From: Acidaminococcaceae bacterium
GTDB taxonomy: Bacteria > Bacillota > Negativicutes > Acidaminococcales > Acidaminococcaceae
NCBI GenBank assembly: GCA_017460905.1
Contig: JAFTZZ010000004.1
Location: 1 to 48,633, forward strand
Length of the DNA: 48,633 nucleotides
Direction: 5' to 3'
Shown here piece by piece: positions 39,601 through 48,633 of this stretch (position 1 is its first letter; every line of letters begins with the position of its first letter). The translations under genes and the position numbers were made by a program. Under the pieces are notes generated by a model, which searched no databases, was not told the DNA's origin, and saw nothing but the letters and a program-made list of their open reading frames with translations.

Positions 39601-40462
39601 CATGAAAATTCAGCGCAAGGAAAAGGGCCTTTCCGAAAAATTGAAAGCAACCGGCTACGATTTCGCAAAATACGGTATGCCGAAGCTGACGGATATCGGA
39701 TATGCAGGCAATGAAAAGCTGAGCGCGGTGAAAATGGCTGTTCCGGTATTCGACAGCGCAAATGAAGAAGATTTACAGAATATGGTTGACCTGTCAGGCG
39801 TCAGTCCTTCCGGCAAGACCGTCCTGTATGACGGCCGTACCGGTGAACCGTTCGCCAATCCAGTCACCGTAGGCTGTGTATACATGCTGAAATTGCATCA
39901 TCTGGTTGATGATAAGATCCATGCCCGTTCAACCGGTCCGTATTCTCTGGTTACACAGCAGCCGCTGGGCGGTAAAGCCCAGTTTGGCGGCCAGCGGTTC
40001 GGCGAAATGGAAGTCTGGGCGCTGGAAGCATACGGCGCGGCATATACCCTGCAGGAAATCCTGACTGTAAAATCTGATGACGTGGTAGGCCGTGTGAAAA
40101 CATACGAATCCATCGTCAAAGGTGAAAATATTCCGGAACCGGGTGTTCCCGAATCCTTCAAGGTACTTGTCAAAGAACTGCAGAGTATCGGATTGGATAT
40201 CCGGGTACTGGACGAAGACGGAGAAGATATTTCCCTGCAGGACGAAGAAGACGAAGCCATTGAAGCTTCTCCGGAAACCCTGGCTGAGCTGCAGCAGGAT
40301 GCTCCGTCTGTTATGCCGGAAACGCAAAGAGAATCTACTGCCTATAACGAAGACGAACAGTATAACGGTACAGAGCCGGAGGAAGACAGCATTGCTGATC
40401 TGGGCAATATGAGCGAGACCAGCCTGGACGATCCGATCGGTTCTGCTGAGGATTTTGACTAA
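36698..40462 (+). CDS. rpoB: DNA-directed RNA polymerase subunit beta
   Basis: [50 protein letters not shown]. Confidence 0.99.
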   Translation: MFKPVQTGDRTRYSFGKIKEVLPMPHLIDLQRKSYDWFMSDGLNEIFHDISPIKDFNGNLELSFQSFDIGEPKYTIEECKERDASYSAPLNVNVHLLYKDTGEIKESRVFMGDFPLMTSTGTFVINGAERVIVSQLVRSPGVYYDKIMDPSAIYLYGTTIIPNRGAWIEFETDLNHVIYARVDRTRKVPATVLLRAMGLESNEEILEFFGDTQIENRTEEGTEIIEALKATLEKDSTANCEEAMIELYKKLRPGEPPAFENAKQLIEQTFFDAKRYDLAYVGRYKLNKKLGWRNRLQDCTLAEPLVDKETGEIVLPEGTLMNAEALDKVEASGVYREYGVYQLKIRELSGKVLRVVFTAGIDEKLRTITKEDILASFGYLLNVMDGHGEKDDIDHLGNRRVRCVGELLQNQFRIGLARMERVVKERMTIQDVDVVTPQALINIRPVVAAIKEFFGSSQLSQFMDQNNPLAELTHKRRLSALGPGGLSRERAGYEVRDVHNSHYGRMCPIETPEGPNIGLIGSLSTFAVINQFGFIETPYRKVDKEHKRVTNDIEYLTADEEDKFIVAQANEPLDDEGYFLGERVTARRKNDVLSIRPERADYMDVSPKQVVSIATALIPFLEHDDANRALMGANMQRQAVPLLTPQAPVVGTGMEYKVATDSGNCILARHAGEVIRVTGDQIQVRTENGDIDEYEVLKFKRSNQSTCVNQKPIVFKGDYVKAGQVLADGPATDRGELALGHNVIVAYMPWEGYNYEDAVLLSEDLVKDDTYTSIHIEEYNCDSRDTKLGPEQITRDIPNVSDAARKDLDERGIIRIGAEVRPGDILVGKVTPKGETELSAEERLVRAVFNEKAREERDSSLRVPHGETGIIVSVKVFTRENGDELPPGVNEQVRIHIAQKRKIRAGDKMSGRHGNKGVVSRILPREDMPFLPNGEPVQIVLNPLGVPSRMNIGQILETHLGWAALALGMKIQRKEKGLSEKLKATGYDFAKYGMPKLTDIGYAGNEKLSAVKMAVPVFDSANEEDLQNMVDLSGVSPSGKTVLYDGRTGEPFANPVTVGCVYMLKLHHLVDDKIHARSTGPYSLVTQQPLGGKAQFGGQRFGEMEVWALEAYGAAYTLQEILTVKSDDVVGRVKTYESIVKGENIPEPGVPESFKVLVKELQSIGLDIRVLDEDGEDISLQDEEDEAIEASPETLAELQQDAPSVMPETQRESTAYNEDEQYNGTEPEEDSIADLGNMSETSLDDPIGSAEDFD

Positions 40463-40480
40463 GAAGGGAGCGAAGGATTC

Positions 40481-43400
40481 TTGTTAGACGTTAACAATTT
40501 TAATTCCATGCGCATCGGCCTGGCTTCACCTGACCTGATCCGTTCGTGGTCTTACGGGGAAGTCAAAAAGCCTGAAACTATAAACTACAGAACGTTGAAA
40601 CCCGAAACAGACGGGCTGTTCTGTGAAAGAATCTTTGGTCCTACTAAAGACTGGGAATGTCATTGCGGCAAGTATAAACGTATCCGCTATAAGGGAATCG
40701 TCTGTGATAAATGCGGCGTTGAGGTTACCCGTTCCAAGGTCCGCCGTGACCGGATGGGGCATATTGAGCTGGCGGCGCCGGTATCCCATATCTGGTATTT
40801 CAAGGGAATTCCCAGCCGGATGGGCCTGATCCTGGATGTGTCTCCCCGCAGTCTTGAGCGCGTTCTGTACTTTGTGAACTATATTGTTCTGGATCCGGGT
40901 GAAACCCAGTTGCAGAAAAAACAGCTTCTGACAGAAGCTGAATATCTCAGCGCCCGGGATAAATACGGCGATGCGTTCCGCGCGGATATGGGCGCGGCGG
41001 CTGTAAAAGAATTACTGGAAGAAATTGATATCCCTGCCCTGGTTGCTGAACTGCGTGAGGAGCTGAAAGGGGCGACCGGGCAGAAAAAGGTTCGTATCGT
41101 GCGCCGCCTGGAAGTTGCGGAAGCATTTCAGAAATCAGGAAATAAACCGTCTTGGATGATTTTGGATGTGGTTCCGGTCATCCCGCCTGACCTGCGGCCT
41201 ATGGTGCAGCTGGACGGCGGACGTTTTGCGACTAGCGACCTGAACGATCTGTACCGCCGTGTTATCAACCGCAATAACCGTCTGAAACGGTTGCTGGAGC
41301 TGCATGCTCCGGATATTATCGTACGGAACGAGAAGCGCATGCTGCAGGAAGCTGTTGACGCGCTGATTGACAACGGCCGCCGCGGCCGTCCGATTGTAGG
41401 GCCCGGAAACCGTCCCCTGAAATCCCTGTCGGATATGCTGAAGGGCAAACAGGGCCGTTTCCGTCAGAACCTGCTGGGTAAACGCGTCGACTATTCCGGC
41501 CGTTCCGTTATCGTAGTAGGTCCTGAGATGAAGATGCACCAGTGCGGACTGCCGAAGGAAATGGCACTGGAACTGTTCAAACCGTTTGTCATGAAACGGC
41601 TGCAGGATAACGATCCGAATCTCAACATCCGCGCCGCAAAGCGTATGGTTGAACGGGCAACTTCGGAAGTCTGGGATGTACTGGAGGAAGTTATCAAAGA
41701 GCATCCGGTTTTGCTGAACCGTGCGCCTACGCTGCACCGTCTGGGTATTCAGGCCTTTGAGCCGGTGCTTACGGAAGGCCGCGCCATCACTCTGCATCCG
41801 CTGGTATGTACTGCCTACAACGCTGACTTCGACGGTGACCAGATGGCCGTTCATCTGCCCCTGTCAGTTGAAGCACAGGCGGAAGCGCGCCTGATGATGA
41901 TGTCTGTCAATAATATCCTGGCGCCGAAGGACGGAAAACCGGTTGCGGTTCCCACACAGGATATGGTGCTGGGCGCCTATTACATGACTATCGAAAAACC
42001 TGGCGCAAAGGGTGAAGGCAACCGCTACAGCAGCCTCCATGAAGCGCTGATGGCGTATTATCATAAATATCTTGACCTGCAGGCAAAAATCAAGATTTTG
42101 ATTCCGAACAAGGATATTGTGGGAGAAACCAGGGAAGAAGGCATGAGCCTGGTTGATACCACAATCGGGAATGCTATATATAATGAAGCTTTACCGAAAG
42201 AACTGCGTTTCTTCAGCAAACAGAAAGATGAAGAGACCGGCGAGGAATACTGGCATTTAGGCCAGCTGATCACCAAGAAGGAACTGGGCAAGCTGGTGGC
42301 CAAAGCGCATAAACTGTATGGCAATCTGGGAACGGCCAACGTTCTGGATATTGTCAAGAAGATGGGCTATGACAATGCCTGCCAGTCGGGTATTTCCATC
42401 GCGGTTTCCGATATCCATGTGCCCCAGGGCAAACAGGAGATTATTCAGGCTTCTGAAAAACTGGTTGACCGGACCGAAGCGATGTACCGCCGCGGTCTGA
42501 TGACTGACGAAGAACGCTATAAGAAAGTCGTAGACATCTGGAACAAAGCAACGGATGATGTGGCAGACCTGCTGAAGGATGCCAATACTGCGGATAAGTT
42601 CAACCCCATCGCTATGATGGCTGATTCCGGCGCCCGCGGCAGTATTGACCAGATCAAACAGCTGGCCGGTATGCGCGGACTGATGGCAGATCCTTCCGGC
42701 CGTATCATTGACCGTCCGGTAAAAGCAAACTTCCGGGAAGGCCTGACTATTTTGGAATACTTCATTTCCAGTCATGGCGCACGTAAAGGTCTGGCGGATA
42801 CAGCATTGCGTACCGCTGACTCCGGTTACCTGACCCGCCGTCTGGTTGACGTTGCCCAGGACGTTATCGTCCGTGAGGATGACTGCGATATCCATACCTG
42901 CAACCTGGTGAAAGAGAGAAACCGGTTATGCAAGGCGGAGCTGGGCGCCAGTGCTAAAAAAGTGCGTGCCAAAGTGCTGGGACGTATGCTGGCGGCAACT
43001 ATCATTGACGAGACCACCGGCGCGCCGATTGCCGAATCGGATACGATTATCACCAATGAAGTTTATAAGCGGCTGATGGATGCCAAGGTAACCACGATCA
43101 GCATTTACGTTCCGGATGGCAGCAACGGTATTGGGGATGACCGTGAAGAGGTGACCATTAATATTTCTGAAGAATTTGCCAACAGCAGGCTTAAGGAAAT
43201 GCTGATGCACCATTTTGCCAATAAGGAAGTATCAGAGGATATTGTCAACGCCAATGGCGATGTGTTTGTCAGCGCCGGAACTGTTCTGACGGAAGAAAAT
43301 ATTGACATGATCCTGCGTGACGGCACTGTCAGCGAGATTTCTGTACGTAATAACGAGATTGACGGAATTGAAATTGAAGCGATTACGGAGAACGGTACAG

Positions 43401-44524
43401 AAATTGAGTCCCTGCATGACCGTATCATTGGCCGGACGCTGGCAGAGGATATCCAGGACGAAAAAGGCAACGTGCTGTTCCATATCAATGAATATATTAC
43501 GGAAGCTATGGCTGATATCATTGCGGCAATGCGTGATAAGGTAAAGATCCGTACGGTTCTTACCTGCAAGTCCAAGTTTGGTGTCTGCCGTAAATGCTAT
43601 GGCCGCAATCTGGCGACCGACCATAACGTAGATGTGGGCGAAGCTGTCGGGACCATTGCCGCGCAGGCTATCGGCGAACCGGGTACCCAGCTTACCATGC
43701 GTACCTTCCATACGGGCGGTGTTGCCGGTGCGGAAGATATTACCCAGGGCCTGCCCCGTGTCGAAGAACTGTTTGAGGCGCGCAAGCCGAAACATCCGGG
43801 TATCCTTGTTGAAAATGCAGGTACGGTTCACATTGTTGAAGAAGCGGGACAGAAACAGCGCAAGGTTGTCATTACCGGAAATCCGGAAGATGAAGTCGTT
43901 GAACAGACTTACGTGATTCCGTACGGCGCCAAGCTATCTGTAGAAGAAGGCGAAGAAGTGAAAGTCGGGGACCGCCTGACGGAAGGTTCGCTGAATCCTC
44001 ACGACATTCTCCGTATTCTGGGACCCCAGGCGACACAGCGTTATATTGTGCAGCAGGTGCTCAGCGTTTACAAGTCGCAGGGCGTAGGCATCAATGATAA
44101 GCATATTGAGGTTATGGTGCGTCAGATGATGCGCAAGATCCGTATCGAAGACGCGGGCGATACCTCCATGCTGCCCGGCGAGTACATTGATATCGGTGAA
44201 TATAACGAGCAGAACGCCGCCGCTGTTGCGGAAGGAAAAGAACCTGCCAAGGGCAAGCCGATCCTGCTGGGCATCACCAAAGCGTCCCTGGCTACGGACT
44301 CCTTCCTGTCAGCTGCTTCTTTCCAGGAAACGACCCGTGTCCTGACAGATGCTGCCATCAAAGGCAAAGTGGATCCGCTGCTGGGCTTAAAAGAAAATGT
44401 TATTATCGGTAAACTGATTCCTGCGGGGACCGGCATGAGCCGTTACCGTGACGTTAAGGTAAAGTATCTTACAGATGTCAGCGGGGATGAGGTTCCGGTT
44501 AATGCCGACAGGATAAATGACTGA
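40481..44524 (+). CDS. rpoC: DNA-directed RNA polymerase subunit beta'
   Basis: NADFDGDQM active site, N-terminal Zn finger, [13 protein letters not shown]; TTG start. Confidence 0.99.
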   Translation: MLDVNNFNSMRIGLASPDLIRSWSYGEVKKPETINYRTLKPETDGLFCERIFGPTKDWECHCGKYKRIRYKGIVCDKCGVEVTRSKVRRDRMGHIELAAPVSHIWYFKGIPSRMGLILDVSPRSLERVLYFVNYIVLDPGETQLQKKQLLTEAEYLSARDKYGDAFRADMGAAAVKELLEEIDIPALVAELREELKGATGQKKVRIVRRLEVAEAFQKSGNKPSWMILDVVPVIPPDLRPMVQLDGGRFATSDLNDLYRRVINRNNRLKRLLELHAPDIIVRNEKRMLQEAVDALIDNGRRGRPIVGPGNRPLKSLSDMLKGKQGRFRQNLLGKRVDYSGRSVIVVGPEMKMHQCGLPKEMALELFKPFVMKRLQDNDPNLNIRAAKRMVERATSEVWDVLEEVIKEHPVLLNRAPTLHRLGIQAFEPVLTEGRAITLHPLVCTAYNADFDGDQMAVHLPLSVEAQAEARLMMMSVNNILAPKDGKPVAVPTQDMVLGAYYMTIEKPGAKGEGNRYSSLHEALMAYYHKYLDLQAKIKILIPNKDIVGETREEGMSLVDTTIGNAIYNEALPKELRFFSKQKDEETGEEYWHLGQLITKKELGKLVAKAHKLYGNLGTANVLDIVKKMGYDNACQSGISIAVSDIHVPQGKQEIIQASEKLVDRTEAMYRRGLMTDEERYKKVVDIWNKATDDVADLLKDANTADKFNPIAMMADSGARGSIDQIKQLAGMRGLMADPSGRIIDRPVKANFREGLTILEYFISSHGARKGLADTALRTADSGYLTRRLVDVAQDVIVREDDCDIHTCNLVKERNRLCKAELGASAKKVRAKVLGRMLAATIIDETTGAPIAESDTIITNEVYKRLMDAKVTTISIYVPDGSNGIGDDREEVTINISEEFANSRLKEMLMHHFANKEVSEDIVNANGDVFVSAGTVLTEENIDMILRDGTVSEISVRNNEIDGIEIEAITENGTEIESLHDRIIGRTLAEDIQDEKGNVLFHINEYITEAMADIIAAMRDKVKIRTVLTCKSKFGVCRKCYGRNLATDHNVDVGEAVGTIAAQAIGEPGTQLTMRTFHTGGVAGAEDITQGLPRVEELFEARKPKHPGILVENAGTVHIVEEAGQKQRKVVITGNPEDEVVEQTYVIPYGAKLSVEEGEEVKVGDRLTEGSLNPHDILRILGPQATQRYIVQQVLSVYKSQGVGINDKHIEVMVRQMMRKIRIEDAGDTSMLPGEYIDIGEYNEQNAAAVAEGKEPAKGKPILLGITKASLATDSFLSAASFQETTRVLTDAAIKGKVDPLLGLKENVIIGKLIPAGTGMSRYRDVKVKYLTDVSGDEVPVNADRIND

Positions 44525-44550
44525 TTAAAATTAATATTATATACTGAATT

Positions 44551-44595
44551 AGGACAGCCATGAAGTGTGGATATTTCATGGCTGTCTTTTCTTTT
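44551..44595 (+). terminator. Terminator after rpoC
   Basis: AGGACAGCCATGAA / TTCATGGCTGTCTT + T-run. Confidence 0.85.
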
Positions 44596-44703
44596 AAAAA
44601 CAAAATACAACTTTTTAAAAGAAAACCTGAAACACTCGGAAGCGTGTAAAAAAGGAAGCGCATAAAAACACTGCTTGGAAGCAATAAAAATATTAAAAAA
44701 GTG

Positions 44704-44732
44704 TTGACAGGTATTGTAAAGGATGTTACAAT
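44704..44732 (+). promoter_or_regulatory. sigma-A promoter of str operon
   Basis: TTGACA-17-TACAAT with TG extension. Confidence 0.75.
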
Positions 44733-44780
44733 ACACAAGTATCACAGGCGAAGTGCGCTTATTTTTAGGGAGTGAAGTCA

Positions 44781-45032
44781 ATGAGTCTGGAGGCGTTGAA
44801 GGCAGCCAAATCCAAGGTCGTCGGGGTCAAACAGACGGCGAAGGCCCTTCAGAAAAAGAACGCGTTAACTGTCTTTATTGCTGCAGACGCAGAGGAACGT
44901 TTAACCGATCCCATCAAAGCTGAATGTGAAAAACAGAATGTATCATGCATCATTGTGGAAAGCATGCAGGCACTGGGCAAGGCAAGCGGTATCCATGCAA
45001 GCGCTTCGGCGGCGGCGATACTGAATAACTGA
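44781..45032 (+). CDS. L7Ae/L30e family K-turn binding protein (YbxF-like)
   Basis: VVGVKQTAKAL, VFIAADAE, SMQALGKASGI; upstream of rpsL. Confidence 0.92.
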   Translation: MSLEALKAAKSKVVGVKQTAKALQKKNALTVFIAADAEERLTDPIKAECEKQNVSCIIVESMQALGKASGIHASASAAAILNN

Positions 45033-45096
45033 TAGGGATCCTGGAGACAGGATTTTTATAAATACTAAATCTAATTGACAGAAAGGAGGTGCCGAT

Positions 45097-45477
45097 ATGC
45101 CAACAATTAATCAGCTGATCCGTAAAGGCAGAGAGGTGCTCAGAACCAAATCTACTGCTCCGGCATTAAAAGAATGTCCGCAGAAACGTGGTGTATGCAC
45201 CCGTGTGTATACCACCACACCGAAAAAGCCTAACTCTGCTCTGCGTAAAGTTGCTCGTGTACGTTTGACTAACGGCATTGAAGTAACGGCTTATATTCCG
45301 GGTATCGGTCACAATCTGCAGGAACATTCCGTTGTTCTGATCAGGGGCGGCCGTGTTAAAGACCTGCCTGGCGTGCGTTACCATATCATTCGTGGTTCTC
45401 TGGATACTGCCGGTGTTGCAAACCGCAATCAGGGCCGTTCCAAATACGGTGCAAAACGCGCTAAAGCTAAGAAATAA
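45097..45477 (+). CDS. rpsL: 30S ribosomal protein S12
   Basis: [27 protein letters not shown]. Confidence 0.99.
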   Translation: MPTINQLIRKGREVLRTKSTAPALKECPQKRGVCTRVYTTTPKKPNSALRKVARVRLTNGIEVTAYIPGIGHNLQEHSVVLIRGGRVKDLPGVRYHIIRGSLDTAGVANRNQGRSKYGAKRAKAKK

Positions 45478-45512
45478 TCAACGCGCTGTGAACCAAATTA
45501 CTGAGAAATTAA

Positions 45513-46010
<498 letters not shown>

Positions 46011-46048
46011 TGGCCCGGTCCTGTTAATTTGTTGAGGAGGATAAAATT

Positions 46049-48157
46049 GTGGGCAGATTAATTCCGCTTGAGAGAACCAGAAATATCGGTATCATGGCGC
46101 ATATTGATGCCGGTAAGACAACTACCACTGAACGTATCCTGTTCTACACCGGTAAAACCCATAAGATCGGTGAAGTTCATGACGGCGCTGCTACCATGGA
46201 CTGGATGGTACAGGAACAGGAACGCGGTATCACGATTACGTCCGCAGCTACTACCTGCATGTGGAACGGTTCCGAGAAACAGTATGATACGCACCGTATC
46301 AATATTATTGACACCCCGGGCCACGTTGACTTTACGGTAGAAGTTGAACGCTCTCTGCGCGTTCTGGACGGAACAATCGCAGTATTCTCTGCCAAAGGCG
46401 GCGTTGAACCGCAGTCTGAAACCGTATGGCGCCAGGCTGACGAATACAAGGTTCCGCGTATGGCATATGTAAATAAAATGGATATCGTCGGCGCTGATTT
46501 CTTCCGCGTAATGGACATGATGCGTGACCGTCTGAATGCAAATCCGGTTGCGCTGCAGATTCCGATCGGCTGTGAAGACCAGTTCAAGGGCATGGTTGAC
46601 CTGATCCGTATGCAGGCAATTGTATACGGCGACGATATGGGCAAGGATGAACAGTTTGTTGAAATTCCTGCCGAAATGCAGGAACAGGCTGAAGAGTATC
46701 GCGGCATCCTGGTGGAAACCGTTGCCGAAGGTGACGACGAGCTGATGATGAAATATCTGGAAGGCGAGGAGATCACCAACGAAGAACTGAAAGCAGCGAT
46801 TCGCAGAGAGACCATCGCCTGCAAACTGAATCCTGTAATCTGCGGTTCTTCTTATAAGAACAAAGGGATTCAGCCTCTGTTGGACGCGGTTATCGATTAC
46901 ATGCCGGCTCCTACGGATATCGAGAGCATCAAAGGCGTTAATCCGGAAACAGGTGCGGAAGATTCCCGCCCGACTTCTGACAGCGAACCGTTTGCCGCGC
47001 TGGCATTCAAGATCGCGACCGACCCGTTTGTAGGCAAGCTCGGTTTCTTCCGCGTATATTCCGGTATGATCACCGCCGGTTCCTACGTTTACAACTCTTC
47101 CAAAGACAAACGTGAACGCATGGGCCGCATTCTGCTGATGCATGCCAACCACCGTGAAGAAATCCCGGAAGCTTATTCCGGAGACATCGCGGCGGCTGTA
47201 GGCCTGAAGTTCACAACGACCGGCGATACGCTGTGCGATGAAAAAGCGCCTATCATTCTGGAATCTATGGTATTCCCCGAACCGGTTATCTCCGTTGCGG
47301 TTGAACCCAAGACGAAGGCCGACCAGGAAAAGATGGGCATCGCGCTGGCGAAGCTGGCGGAAGAAGATCCTACCTTCAAGGTACACACCGATCCGGAAAC
47401 CGCACAGACTATCATCTCCGGTATGGGCGAGCTGCATCTGGACATTATCGTAGACCGTCTGCTGCGCGAATTCAAGGTAGGCTGCAACGTGGGTAATCCG
47501 CAGGTTGCTTACCGCGAAACGATCCGCAAGGCTGTTAAGTCCGAAGGCAAGTTCATCCGTCAGTCCGGCGGTAAAGGCCAGTACGGACATTGCTGGCTGG
47601 AAATCACCCCGCTGGAAATGGGCGCGGGCTTTACCTTCGATAACAAGGTTGTAGGCGGCGCGATTCCGAAGGAATACATCGCACCGATTGAAGCCGGTGT
47701 TAAGGAAGCGATGGAAAGCGGCGTTGTAGCAGGTTATCCGATGGTTGATATCGGCGTTACCGTTTACGACGGCTCTTACCACGAAGTCGACTCTTCGGAA
47801 ATGGCCTTCAAGATTGCCGGCTCCATGGGCTTCAAGGCAGGCGCGGAAAAAGCTTCCCCGGTGCTGCTGGAGCCTTATATGAAGGTTGACATCACGGTTC
47901 CGGAAGAATACATGGGCGATGTTATCGGCGACGTTAACTCCCGCCGCGGCCGTATTGAAGGGATGGAAGCGCGTAACGGCGCAGAAGTCATCCACTCCTT
48001 TGTTCCGCTGGCTTCCATGTTTGGTTATGCTACCGACCTGCGCAGCAAAACGCAGGGTCGCGGCACATACACCATGCAGGTTGACCACTATGAAGAAGTT
48101 CCGAAGAATATTGCGGAAGAGATCGTAGCCAAGAACAAAGGTACCAAAGTTGATTAA
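46049..48157 (+). CDS. fusA: Elongation factor G
   Basis: [30 protein letters not shown]; GTG start after GAGGAGG. Confidence 0.99.
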   Translation: MGRLIPLERTRNIGIMAHIDAGKTTTTERILFYTGKTHKIGEVHDGAATMDWMVQEQERGITITSAATTCMWNGSEKQYDTHRINIIDTPGHVDFTVEVERSLRVLDGTIAVFSAKGGVEPQSETVWRQADEYKVPRMAYVNKMDIVGADFFRVMDMMRDRLNANPVALQIPIGCEDQFKGMVDLIRMQAIVYGDDMGKDEQFVEIPAEMQEQAEEYRGILVETVAEGDDELMMKYLEGEEITNEELKAAIRRETIACKLNPVICGSSYKNKGIQPLLDAVIDYMPAPTDIESIKGVNPETGAEDSRPTSDSEPFAALAFKIATDPFVGKLGFFRVYSGMITAGSYVYNSSKDKRERMGRILLMHANHREEIPEAYSGDIAAAVGLKFTTTGDTLCDEKAPIILESMVFPEPVISVAVEPKTKADQEKMGIALAKLAEEDPTFKVHTDPETAQTIISGMGELHLDIIVDRLLREFKVGCNVGNPQVAYRETIRKAVKSEGKFIRQSGGKGQYGHCWLEITPLEMGAGFTFDNKVVGGAIPKEYIAPIEAGVKEAMESGVVAGYPMVDIGVTVYDGSYHEVDSSEMAFKIAGSMGFKAGAEKASPVLLEPYMKVDITVPEEYMGDVIGDVNSRRGRIEGMEARNGAEVIHSFVPLASMFGYATDLRSKTQGRGTYTMQVDHYEEVPKNIAEEIVAKNKGTKVD

Positions 48158-48224
48158 AATTGATGTTGATTCTAATAAATTTTAATTATAAATCATTATT
48201 ACACTTCTAAGGAGGAAGGAAAAA

Positions 48225-48633
48225 ATGGCAAAGGCAAAGTTTGAAAGAACGAAACCGCATGTTAACATTGGGACCATCGGACACGTAGACCATGGCAAAA
48301 CCACGCTGACCGCTGCTATCACGAAAGTACTGGCAGAAAAAGGCAATGCAGAGTTCATGGATTACAGCATGATCGATAAGGCTCCGGAAGAAAGAGAACG
48401 CGGTATTACCATCAACACCGCACACGTAGAATATGAGACGGAAAACCGTCACTATGCACATGTTGACTGCCCCGGCCATGCTGACTATGTAAAGAACATG
48501 ATCACCGGCGCAGCTCAGATGGACGGTGCTATCCTGGTTGTAAGCGCAGCTGACGGCCCGATGCCCCAGACCCGCGAACATATCCTGCTGTCCCGTCAGG
48601 TAGGCGTACCTGCAATGGTAGTTTATCTGAATA
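48225..48633 (+). CDS. tuf: Elongation factor Tu (3' truncated by window edge)
   Basis: [47 protein letters not shown]. Confidence 0.98.
   Translation, partial: MAKAKFERTKPHVNIGTIGHVDHGKTTLTAAITKVLAEKGNAEFMDYSMIDKAPEERERGITINTAHVEYETENRHYAHVDCPGHADYVKNMITGAAQMDGAILVVSAADGPMPQTREHILLSRQVGVPAMVVYLN

Noticed and set aside
44620-44685. Short imperfect repeats (AAACACT...GGAAGC) between rpoC terminator and str promoter
   Set aside because: Too short and irregular for CRISPR or REP-like repeats; likely chance in an A-rich spacer.
46058-48088. 676-aa antisense ORF over fusA
   Set aside because: Shadow ORF in codon register with a highly biased gene; no RBS or recognisable motifs.

Overview
Mostly core chromosomal region of a Firmicute, probably Negativicutes/Acidaminococcaceae-like (inferred from gene order and protein style, not from a search). 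Gene order: comEA(partial)-comEC-S4 protein-holA, glnA, acyl-CoA dehydrogenase, lspA-rluD-pyrR, a secreted orphan protein, a convergent AdoMetDC (SpeD)-like gene, recD2-comF-pgi, ctsR-clpC-radA, carD, PIN/TRAM-ispD-ispF, gltX-cysS-mrnC-thyX-rlmB-rae1-sigH, brxF-like-pfkA, five tRNAs, rpmG-secE-nusG-rplK-rplA-rplJ-rplL, rpoB-rpoC, L7Ae-rpsL-rpsG-fusA-tuf(partial). I saw no mobile element, prophage or CRISPR array. The main oddities are: (1) a SpeD homologue lacking the pyruvoyl-forming Ser (E-G-H instead of E-S-H) behind a perfect consensus promoter; (2) a rewired heat-shock operon with no mcsA/mcsB, a Zn finger fused to a ClpC that lacks the M-domain, a CtsR with an altered Gly loop, and a fourU-like hairpin over the clpC RBS; (3) a lone BREX BrxF-like P-loop gene next to pfkA behind a perfect sigma-H-type promoter; (4) a structured rpoB leader with a terminator; (5) a repeat-module insertion in RpoC; (6) a probable non-canonical start codon for comF.
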